Source: a virus. Taken from it: a stretch of 64,000 nt of DNA. This document shows positions 43,019 through 49,481 of the stretch, piece by piece. Below the pieces are notes generated by a model. That model searched no databases, had not been told where the DNA came from, and saw only the letters and a program-made list of their open reading frames with translations. The translations under genes were made by a program, and so were the position numbers. Each line of letters opens with the position of its first letter. Position 1 is the first letter of the stretch. The stretch is taken from the IMG/VR virus record IMGVR_UViG_3300032304_001768, positions 18,327-82,326 of that record. One strand, written 5' to 3'.

Positions 43019-43618
43019 ATGAAAAATCATAGAGTAAAATACACAAGGCAAGAGTATCGAGAAGAATACTTAAAAAGTAAAGAATGGCAAAATTTGCGTT
43101 CTTTGGTTATATCAGCGAAATGCGCTTGTCAATGTTGTAAAGAATCAGATGCTACAGATGTGCATCATTTGGTATACAGAAATTTAGTGGATGTAACAAT
43201 TAATGATTTAATTCCTGTATGTAGGACTTGTCATAATCTTATACATGAAGCCATAGACAATTCTTACATATCACAAGATGTTAAAGATTTTGAAAATATT
43301 AAAATCAAAACAATCAATCTATTTGATGATCCAGTATATAAAGAATGGAAAACTTGGATAACGTCCAAGCATTTCTTATCAGTTGAAGATATTCAGTTAA
43401 TAACTGAGTTGCAGCCTTTTGTAATAAAAAGAATTGCTGGTATCATAAAGAAAAATATTTGGTATAATGATTTACCGAATGTAAAATTCACAGGTCGTCA
43501 AATATTAAAAATACAAAAAATTGTAAAATTGGGCGTTCGAAGAAAAAAAGACGGATTGGATCGACCACGAAAACTTTCAGAATATCAAATCGACAAAATC
43601 ATCAGAAAAAAGAATTGA
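43019..43618 (+). CDS. HNH endonuclease
   Basis: YLKSKEW..LR, CQCC, DVHHL.Y, L.PVC..CH..IH. Confidence 0.75.
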   Translation: MKNHRVKYTRQEYREEYLKSKEWQNLRSLVISAKCACQCCKESDATDVHHLVYRNLVDVTINDLIPVCRTCHNLIHEAIDNSYISQDVKDFENIKIKTINLFDDPVYKEWKTWITSKHFLSVEDIQLITELQPFVIKRIAGIIKKNIWYNDLPNVKFTGRQILKIQKIVKLGVRRKKDGLDRPRKLSEYQIDKIIRKKN

Positions 43619-43724
43619 CATTCATTAAACACTGTGCTAAGGTGCTTACATCACTCGCCGCTGGCAACGCCGACAGCGACTGATACCAACCCGAAAGCGA
43701 GGTTGGTAAGATTGCTCTTTGAAA
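43615..43724 (+). promoter_or_regulatory. tRNA operon promoter and leader with boxA-like site
   Basis: TTGACA-N17-TAAGGT; hairpin TACCAACC/GGTTGGTA; TGCTCTTTGAAA at 43713-43724. Confidence 0.65.
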
Positions 43725-43739
43725 TTTCAAAAATTAAAT

Positions 43740-43814
43740 GGTCTCATCGTCTATCGGTTAGGACAAAAGATTTTCAATCTTTAGAGGCGGGTTCGATTCC
43801 CGCTGGGACTACCA
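43740..43814 (+). tRNA. tRNA-Glu(TTC)
   Basis: Full cloverleaf, CCA end. Confidence 0.92.
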
Positions 43815-43827
43815 TTTAAAAATTAAT

Positions 43828-43861
43828 AGCGGATAGAACAAGATGGTTAGTTGTCAGTTTC
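43828..43861 (+). pseudogene. degenerate 5' half of a tRNA (Met-like)
   Basis: AGCGGATAGAACAAGATGGTTAGTTGTCAGTTTC resembles a tRNA-Met 5' half; breaks near the anticodon loop. Confidence 0.35.
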
Positions 43862-43886
43862 TGCTGCTAGTGTAAATAACATCAGA

Positions 43887-44429
43887 ATGAAATACACAAT
43901 TTATAAGATTACTAATAATCTCAATGGTAAGTTTTACATCGGTAAACACCAAACAACAAATCCAAATGATACGTATTTTGGATCAGGAAAAGCGATTATC
44001 AATGCTATTAAATTTTACGGTAAGTCAAACTTCACGAAAGAGGTGTTGTTCATTTTCGATTCTGAGTTTGAGATGAACGCTAAAGAAAAAGAACTCATTA
44101 CTGAGGAATTTGTGGCAATGCCAGATACTTACAATCTTGGAATTGGTGGTGAAGGTGGTGCGCATTTTAAAGGTAGACGACATTCTTTAAAAACTAAAGA
44201 GAAAATTTCTGTATCGAATACAGGAAAGTCTCTTTCAGAAGAAAGTAGGCAAAAATCTATTGGGAGAAAACATTCAATAATCACAAAACAAAAAATTTCA
44301 CTTGCTGCAAAATCAAGGAAAGTTTCTGACGAAACAAAACAGAAGATTTCCAAAGCTTTGAAAGGTAGAAAAGTCTCAACAGAGACTAAAGAAAAAATTT
44401 CCAATACGATGAAAGCTCGTAATAAATAA
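43887..44429 (+). CDS. GIY-YIG homing endonuclease with NUMOD3 repeats
   Basis: TIYKITN..NGKFYIGKH, YFGSG, YNL..GG.GG, HS..TK.KIS repeats. Confidence 0.9.
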   Translation: MKYTIYKITNNLNGKFYIGKHQTTNPNDTYFGSGKAIINAIKFYGKSNFTKEVLFIFDSEFEMNAKEKELITEEFVAMPDTYNLGIGGEGGAHFKGRRHSLKTKEKISVSNTGKSLSEESRQKSIGRKHSIITKQKISLAAKSRKVSDETKQKISKALKGRKVSTETKEKISNTMKARNK

Positions 44430-44435
44430 TTCAAA

Positions 44436-44529
44436 AGCAGGGTAGAGAAGATCGGTCGATCTCGCTTGGCTCATAACCAAGAGGCTACTCAAACGCGCAT
44501 AAGTGGTTCGAATCCCGCCCCTGCAACCA
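44436..44529 (+). tRNA. tRNA-Met(CAT), atypical
   Basis: A1:A72 mismatch, CTTGG-CTCATAA-CCAAG, ~20-nt variable region, imperfect T stem, CCA. Confidence 0.65.
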
Positions 44530-44531
44530 TT

Positions 44532-44679
44532 CAAGTGCTGTAGAATAGAGATACTTCTAAAAGGAAAATCGGTATCGAAAGATGTGTGGGTTCGAATCCC
44601 ACTCAGGCTCAATAAGTGGTCTGATGGCGGAATGGTAGACGCGCTGATAATAAAAAGCCTCTGTTCGTTTGTTGCCTTG
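44532..44679 (+). ncRNA. YrlA-like / circularly permuted tRNA-Leu-like RNA
   Basis: T arm precedes D arm; acceptor stem closed by a loop; flanks pair (GAATAGAG/CTCTGTTC). Confidence 0.7.
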
Positions 44680-44684
44680 TTAAT

Positions 44685-44759
44685 GGGAGAGTAGCCAAGA
44701 GGTAAGGCAAGAATTTCATAAGTTCTGTATCGCAGGTTCGAATCCTGCCTCTCCTACCA
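44685..44759 (+). tRNA. tRNA(CAT) Met or Ile2
   Basis: Cloverleaf, AGAAT-TTCATAA-GTTCT, CCA. Confidence 0.85.
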
Positions 44760-44763
44760 TTAA

Positions 44764-44836
44764 TGCTTGTTGGATCTTCTTCATGTCGCGATAAGAAGGT
44801 GCCTACCATCGGTGTGAACCCGAAAGCAAGCAACCA
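44764..44836 (+). ncRNA. D-armless tRNA-like RNA ending in ACCA
   Basis: TGCTTGT/GCAAGCA acceptor, TCGG-TGTGAAC-CCGA T-like arm, ATCTTCTT/AAGAAGGT hairpin. Confidence 0.5.
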
Positions 44837-44856
44837 TTTCTTGATAACGTTTCTAT

Positions 44857-44941
44857 GGGTAGATGGGTGAACGGTTAAACCAGCTGATTGTAAATCAGCC
44901 CCTTTATTGGATTGTAGGTTCGAATCCTACTCTGCCCACCA
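44857..44941 (+). tRNA. tRNA-Tyr(GTA)
   Basis: Cloverleaf with long variable arm, CCA. Confidence 0.92.
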
Positions 44942-44942
44942 A

Positions 44943-45036
44943 ATAGTTGCATGGAACTAAACAATAAGGCCAATGGTAGATCTGGACTCTAATATAGATC
45001 CGTGTTCTTTGTAGGTTCGAGTCCTACTGTGACTAT
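44943..45036 (+). ncRNA. tRNA-like RNA with CTA-containing loop
   Basis: Acceptor AGTTGCA/TGTGACT, canonical T arm, GATCT/AGATC hairpin with loop GGACTCTAATAT; no CCA. Confidence 0.5.
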
Positions 45037-45121
45037 GATATTGTCGCGTTGATCGGTGACTGATTTGGAATAAGCAGGAGTAAGTCCAAAGAGAATGATG
45101 ATAAATCCTGCACAATTTATT

Positions 45122-45213
45122 GGAAGTATGGCAGAGCGGTCTATTGCACTATCTTGGAAAGATAGAGGTCGCCAAATGGTGGCCCATAGGTTCAAATCCT
45201 ATTACTTCCGCCA
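45122..45213 (+). tRNA. tRNA-Ser(GGA)
   Basis: Class II cloverleaf, G73, CCA. Confidence 0.92.
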
Positions 45214-45221
45214 GTTTTAAT

Positions 45222-45299
45222 GGGGCTGTATCGGAACTGCCTTCTAAGCAGTGGCACCGTAAAGGATCGATGCAGGTTCGAATCCTGCCAGCCCTGCCA
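45222..45299 (+). tRNA. non-canonical D-armless tRNA-Arg(TCT)
   Basis: 7-bp acceptor, ACTGC-CTTCTAA-GCAGT, T arm, GCCA; no D arm. Confidence 0.7.
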
Positions 45300-45302
45300 T
45301 TT

Positions 45303-45454
45303 TTCTCGTTTGGGCGCGTAACGACAAGATACGTTGGAGATGGCTCATGCCAGAGTCTCTGCAAGAGAGAATAATCAATAGAATAGGCGCGGGCATTAAG
45401 CGCAATAAAAATAATTATTAATCAAAGCAGCGTAGCAAAGCTTGTTAACGAGAA
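45303..45454 (+). ncRNA. unknown structured RNA (~150 nt)
   Basis: Nested helices TTCTCGTT/AACGAGAA, ACAAG/CTTGT, TACGTTG/CAGCGTA plus internal hairpins. Confidence 0.5.
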
Positions 45455-45463
45455 TCATTTTAT

Positions 45464-45555
45464 GGGTGTGTGGTCGAGTCTGGTTTATGGCGTCGCACTT
45501 GAAATGCGAAGGTGGTGAAAGCTGCCCGTGGGTTCAAATCCTACCGCACCCGCCA
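45464..45555 (+). tRNA. tRNA-Ser(TGA)
   Basis: Class II cloverleaf, CCA. Confidence 0.92.
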
Positions 45556-45563
45556 AATTTAAT

Positions 45564-45640
45564 CCCTGTCTGGTGTAAGTGGTCTGCACGATTCGCTGAA
45601 GACGAGTAGGATACCTGATCGAAACGGGTGACAGGGGCCA
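45564..45640 (+). tRNA. tRNA-Phe(GAA)
   Basis: Cloverleaf; atypical T loop ATCGAAA; CCA. Confidence 0.8.
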
Positions 45641-45647
45641 TTTTAAT

Positions 45648-45735
45648 TGGGGTGAAGTCTAATGGTTTGACACCAGCCTTTGAAGCTGGCAGTAGCGAAA
45701 GCTCAATGTGGGTTCGAATCCCACTACCCCTGCCA
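45648..45735 (+). tRNA. tRNA-Gln(TTG) with long variable arm
   Basis: CCAGC-CTTTGAA-GCTGG, AGC-GAAA-GCT variable hairpin, GCCA. Confidence 0.82.
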
Positions 45736-45740
45736 ATTTT

Positions 45741-45814
45741 GGATCTGAAACATTAAGGTGATGTAACGGTCTTTTAAACCGTAGAATTGGGATCATTCCC
45801 CAACAGGTCCACCA
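45741..45814 (+). tRNA. tRNA-Lys(TTT)
   Basis: Cloverleaf; atypical T loop ATCATTC; CCA. Confidence 0.82.
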
Positions 45815-45822
45815 ATTTCAAC

Positions 45823-45850
45823 TTGACAAATCAAAACCCTCTGATACAAT
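45823..45850 (+). promoter_or_regulatory. sigma70-type promoter
   Basis: TTGACA-N16-TACAAT with TGn extension. Confidence 0.7.
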
Positions 45851-45876
45851 CAACACATATCAAAAAGTCATAAAAA

Positions 45877-46071
45877 ATGATAACCCAATTAAATCCAACA
45901 ATCCCATTGAAAACACCGAAAGGTAAAGGATTCGCTCATTTAGTCATAGACTATTCCCAAGAGCATGATTTAATGTGGGTGGTATTTCTTGATGAAACTG
46001 GAGAATGTTGGACCTTTAAAAATAGTGAAGTGAGAATGGTAGAGAATGTATCTTTAGATAGAATGAAATAA
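45877..46071 (+). CDS. small conserved phage protein
   Basis: QLNP.IP..TPKG.G.A..VIDYS.EH.L.WVVF.D.TGECWT. Confidence 0.7.
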   Translation: MITQLNPTIPLKTPKGKGFAHLVIDYSQEHDLMWVVFLDETGECWTFKNSEVRMVENVSLDRMK

Positions 46072-46143
46072 CTTATGAAAGTTAGGATTTTGCAAAAATC
46101 CAATAGATTCTTCTATGTAGAAGAATTTAGAGATCTTTCAAAT

Positions 46144-46219
46144 TCCCAAGTAGCACAGCGGTAGTTGCGACTGGCTGTTAACCAGTATGTCGGTGGTTCG
46201 ATCCCACCCTTGGGAGCCA
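46144..46219 (+). tRNA. tRNA-Asn(GTT)
   Basis: Cloverleaf, CCA. Confidence 0.92.
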
Positions 46220-46227
46220 AATATAAA

Positions 46228-46301
46228 GGCCCGGTAGTTTAATGGCAAAACAGTAGATTTGTAACCTTCAGACGAGAGTTCGATTCTCTCTCGGGCCTCC
46301 A
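46228..46301 (+). tRNA. tRNA-Thr(TGT)
   Basis: Cloverleaf with weak anticodon stem, CCA. Confidence 0.75.
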
Positions 46302-46311
46302 TTATTTATAT

Positions 46312-46390
46312 CCTCCTATAGCTCAGTTTTGGTTAGAGCACTCGTTTGATAAATGAGAGGTCGTTGGTTCAAGTCCAACTGGGAGGACCA
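46312..46390 (+). tRNA. tRNA-Ile(GAT)
   Basis: Cloverleaf, CCA. Confidence 0.9.
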
Positions 46391-46393
46391 CTT

Positions 46394-46720
46394 ATGACAT
46401 TAAATGAATATCAAGAAGCTGCGATTGAAACTGCCATATATGGCGAAGGCCAATTAATAATTTATCCAACTTTGGGTTTGACTGGTGAAGCTGGTGAAGT
46501 TGCGGATAAAGTTAAAAAGGTTTTGAGAGATTATGATGGTGTTTTTACCGATGCCATTAAGCTAGAAATTGCTAAAGAAGTCAGTGACGTATTGTGGTAT
46601 TTGGCGGCTCTGAGTAGAGATTTGGGTTATTCTTTGGAAGATATTGGTCAAATCAATCTCAATAAATTAGCAGATCGACAACAACGTGGAGTTATTTCTG
46701 GTTCTGGTGATAATAGGTAA
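46394..46720 (+). CDS. MazG-like NTP pyrophosphohydrolase
   Basis: LGLTGEAGEVADKVKK, KEVSDVLWYLA, NL.KL..R..RG.I.GSGDNR. Confidence 0.88.
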   Translation: MTLNEYQEAAIETAIYGEGQLIIYPTLGLTGEAGEVADKVKKVLRDYDGVFTDAIKLEIAKEVSDVLWYLAALSRDLGYSLEDIGQINLNKLADRQQRGVISGSGDNR

Positions 46721-46761
46721 AATAATTGGAGATTTTATTTGGTATCCAACTAAATAATAGT

Positions 46762-47424
46762 ATGGATACCTTAGAAAAAATATCAAAAGAAGATGCGAAG
46801 ATATTAAAGCAAAAATGGTATTTTACTGGATTGGAATGTTCAAATGGCCACTTAGATAAAAGATATACAAACACAGGCATATGTTATGGGTGTAAGCGTT
46901 CACAGAATAACAGATCTAATGCAAAAAATCCAGAAACTTTAAAAGTTATAAGCTCAAGAACTTATCAAAAAAATAAAGAATCTAAATTGGAACAATCTAA
47001 AAGATGGGCACAACGGAACAGAGAAAAATCTAATGCTATTAAATCTAAATGGAAACAAGTTCATAGAGAGCAACATTTGGAACAAGCAAAGAAATATTCC
47101 AAAAATCAAAGAAAAGATCCGTTCAAACGAATTAGTAAAAATATGAGTAAAGCTATATGGCAATCTTTAAAAGGAAAAAAAGGAGGTTCCCATTGGCTAT
47201 CATTTGTGGATTTTACAATTGAAGAATTAACAATTCATTTAGAAAGTAAATTCAAAGAAGGTATGACTTGGGAAAACTATGGCAAATATTGGCATGTTGA
47301 CCATATCAGACCGCTTAGTTGGTTTAATTTAGAACTTGAATTTAAAGATGCATGGTGTTTGGGAAATCTTCAACCATTAGAAGCAGTTTTAAATTTGAGA
47401 AAAAATAATAGATACGAAGGTTGA
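46762..47424 (+). CDS. HNH endonuclease
   Basis: YFTG.EC..GH...C..C; GMTWENYG..WHVDHIRP, NLQPL...NLRK. Confidence 0.8.
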   Translation: MDTLEKISKEDAKILKQKWYFTGLECSNGHLDKRYTNTGICYGCKRSQNNRSNAKNPETLKVISSRTYQKNKESKLEQSKRWAQRNREKSNAIKSKWKQVHREQHLEQAKKYSKNQRKDPFKRISKNMSKAIWQSLKGKKGGSHWLSFVDFTIEELTIHLESKFKEGMTWENYGKYWHVDHIRPLSWFNLELEFKDAWCLGNLQPLEAVLNLRKNNRYEG

Positions 47425-47431
47425 TATTTAA

Positions 47432-47506
47432 GCAGGCATCGTATAATGGTTATTACATAACATTGCCAATGTTAATATGCGGATTCGATTTCCGCTGCCT
47501 GCTCCA
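47432..47506 (+). tRNA. tRNA-Gly(GCC)
   Basis: Cloverleaf, U73, CCA. Confidence 0.9.
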
Positions 47507-47517
47507 TTTGATTTAAT

Positions 47518-47593
47518 CAGGGTATAGCGTAATGGCATCGCGCTTGGTTTGGGACCAAGAGATCTGTAGGTTCGAGTCCTACTATCCTGACCA
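47518..47593 (+). tRNA. tRNA-Pro(TGG)
   Basis: Cloverleaf, CCA. Confidence 0.9.
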
Positions 47594-47598
47594 TTTAT

Positions 47599-47676
47599 CT
47601 ACTGCTGGCATTGATATGGTAAGGCGCTTGATTTGGGATCAAGAGTATGTCGGTTCGAATCCGACGCAGTAGACCA
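47599..47676 (+). tRNA. tRNA-Pro(TGG)
   Basis: Cloverleaf with weak D stem, CCA. Confidence 0.8.
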
Positions 47677-47681
47677 TTTAT

Positions 47682-47927
47682 ATGAAAATTGCATTTAGAA
47701 GTTCATTATCAAGACTGGACATGGAATATGATTCAGATAATTTTGACAATTTTGAAGAGAAGTGTTTCTGGCAAGCATTAAAAGTGGAGTATTGGAAGGA
47801 GTTGTTTGAAAATTGCGGTAATGTTCATCCATTTCGATCCGCGTTTGCTCAACGGTTTTCTTTGGAAAAAAGAAAGTTTGAAACATTAATTCAAGCGAAT
47901 AAGTATTTTAATACTAAACTGAAATAA
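47682..47927 (+). CDS. hypothetical protein
   Basis: 81-aa ORF between the repeats. Confidence 0.45.
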   Translation: MKIAFRSSLSRLDMEYDSDNFDNFEEKCFWQALKVEYWKELFENCGNVHPFRSAFAQRFSLEKRKFETLIQANKYFNTKLK

Positions 47928-47942
47928 GAATTTATATACCTA

Positions 47943-48015
47943 GCGTTAACTTAAAACGATACTGATGAAAGCCGTGCTTCGACATCAGAGAGTGACGGCG
48001 GGAGAGAACGCGCCA
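47943..48015 (+). ncRNA. pseudoknotted small RNA ending in GCCA
   Basis: GCGTT/AACGC closing stem; CTGATG/CATCAG and GCCGT/ACGGC crossing helices. Confidence 0.45.
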
Positions 48016-48024
48016 ATTTCATAA

Positions 48025-48099
48025 CAGGGTGTGGCTTGACAGGGAAGCGCTTAGTTTGGGGCTAAGATCATGGAGGTTCGAATCCTCTCATCCTGACCA
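48025..48099 (+). tRNA. tRNA-Pro(TGG)
   Basis: Cloverleaf, CCA. Confidence 0.85.
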
Positions 48100-48104
48100 T
48101 TTAT

Positions 48105-48182
48105 CTACTGCTGGCATTGATATGGTAAGGCGCTTGATTTGGGATCAAGAGTATGTTGGTTCGAATCCGACGCAGTAGACCA
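48105..48182 (+). tRNA. tRNA-Pro(TGG), duplicate
   Basis: Near-identical copy of 47599-47676. Confidence 0.8.
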
Positions 48183-48187
48183 CTAAC

Positions 48188-48263
48188 AGAGGCGTAGCTC
48201 AATCGGGAGAGCGGAAGATTGTCAATCTTCAGGCAGCGGGATCGAAACCCGTCGTCTCTGCCA
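48188..48263 (+). tRNA. tRNA-Asp(GTC)
   Basis: Cloverleaf, G73, CCA. Confidence 0.88.
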
Positions 48264-48269
48264 TTTTAT

Positions 48270-48349
48270 GGGGCATGGGACTGCATGGCGTGGTCGTCTC
48301 ACTTGCAATGAGAAAATGCAGATCGGTTCGATTCCGATATGCTCCACCA
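48270..48349 (+). tRNA. tRNA-Ala(TGC)
   Basis: G3:U70, A73, CCA. Confidence 0.88.
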
Positions 48350-48358
48350 TTTAATAAC

Positions 48359-48418
48359 ACAGTATTCGTCTAATGGCTTAAGACTACTCCCTCCAAAAGA
48401 GAAAACGTGGGTTCGAAT
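48359..48418 (+). pseudogene. truncated tRNA-Trp(CCA)
   Basis: D arm, CT-CCA-AA loop and GTGGGTTCGAAT present; 3' T-stem and acceptor strand missing at the HNH gene boundary. Confidence 0.7.
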
Positions 48419-48439
48419 ATCATTTATGTAAATACTTTC

Positions 48440-49138
48440 ATGGACTACAAAACTATATATGACAATTTAATTAAACATAGACAGGAACATCCAGCTGAAG
48501 GATATACCGAACAGCATCATATAGTCATGCGCAGTATGGGCGGAAGTAATGAATCATCAAATCTTGTTTCTTTAACTGGTCGCGAACATTGGATTGCTCA
48601 TTTACTCTTATACAAGATTCATCGAAATAAGTTATCAGCCTATGCTTGCCATATGATGGCAATGAAATGTGAAAAACGTGGCATACCACATGTTCGTAAT
48701 TCTCGAATGTATGAAAAAATAAGAATATTATGTTCTAAACATATTGGTATAAATAATACACATACTCAAACAGGGGTGAAAAATTCTCAATACGGAACGC
48801 GGTGGATATGCAATATTCTTTTGCAGCAAAATCAAAAAATTTCTAAAGATGTGGAATTACCTGATGGATGGATCGTCGGTCGAAATAAATGGATAGATCA
48901 TAGCGTAACGCTTAGTTGTGTGACATGTAAATCAACATTCAAAACGTTGAATGTGAGATCTAAATATTGTTCGCGAACGTGTTATCCACCTCGCAAGCCC
49001 ATGAAAGTCTCTTACGAGACCAGACAAAAAATGTCTATCATTAAGAAAGAATTATATAAAGATCCAACACGTAATCCAAATTACGGAAAATTTAAAAATA
49101 AAAAAACACAGTTGCAGCAAGTGGCGGTTGCAGAATGA
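48440..49138 (+). CDS. HNH homing endonuclease
   Basis: YTEQHHIV.RSMGGSN...NLV.LTGREHWIAHLLL, NSQYGT.WI; 3' end overlaps tRNA-Trp. Confidence 0.88.
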   Translation: MDYKTIYDNLIKHRQEHPAEGYTEQHHIVMRSMGGSNESSNLVSLTGREHWIAHLLLYKIHRNKLSAYACHMMAMKCEKRGIPHVRNSRMYEKIRILCSKHIGINNTHTQTGVKNSQYGTRWICNILLQQNQKISKDVELPDGWIVGRNKWIDHSVTLSCVTCKSTFKTLNVRSKYCSRTCYPPRKPMKVSYETRQKMSIIKKELYKDPTRNPNYGKFKNKKTQLQQVAVAE

Positions 49139-49185
49139 CTCCAAATCATTTGTTTTAGCGAGTTCGATCCTCGCCAACTGTGCCA
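49108..49185 (+). tRNA. tRNA-Trp(CCA)
   Basis: Cloverleaf, G73, CCA; begins inside the HNH ORF. Confidence 0.82.
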
Positions 49186-49198
49186 CTTTTTTAATAAT

Positions 49199-49272
49199 GG
49201 CGTGTTGTCAGATCGGTTATGTAGGGCACTGCAAATGCTCGTAGGTAGGTTCGACTCCTACACATGCCTCCA
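49199..49272 (+). tRNA. tRNA-Cys(GCA)
   Basis: Cloverleaf, U73, CCA. Confidence 0.88.
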
Positions 49273-49282
49273 TTTTAAAAAC

Positions 49283-49357
49283 GGGGAATTAGCTGAGTGG
49301 TAAAGCGGCTCTTTTACACGGAGTAGATCGGGGGTTCGATTCCCTCATTCCCTACCA
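49283..49357 (+). tRNA. tRNA-Val(TAC)
   Basis: Cloverleaf, CCA. Confidence 0.9.
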
Positions 49358-49481
49358 TTTAAGTTTATATCGGCATGTGGAGAAATTGGCAGTCTCGGCA
49401 GACTTTAAAGTTTAAATTTATCCTCATGTAGCAATCTAGTTGAGGGGTTGACAAACAATTCCTATGCTACTAAATAATAAC

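Larger units (their letters stand above)
47584..48182 (+). repeat. 93-bp direct repeat (47584-47676 and 48090-48182)
   Basis: Copies identical except one base (GTCGG vs GTTGG); each contains a tRNA-Pro. Confidence 0.9.

Noticed and set aside
44376-45374. Short ORFs on both strands in the tRNA cluster (also 43634-43819, 51190-51393, 51729-51977)
   Set aside because: They are translations of tRNA/ncRNA sequence with no protein motifs
46346-46393. Extended N-terminus of the MazG ORF
   Set aside because: Overlaps tRNA-Ile; the ATG at 46394 fits the family start
47962-47999. Hammerhead ribozyme (CTGATGA)
   Set aside because: CTGATG is sequestered by CATCAG and there is no correctly placed stem II-GAAA-stem III core
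47518-48182. CRISPR array
   Set aside because: The repeats are tRNA-Pro genes, not short repeats with regular spacers; no cas genes seen
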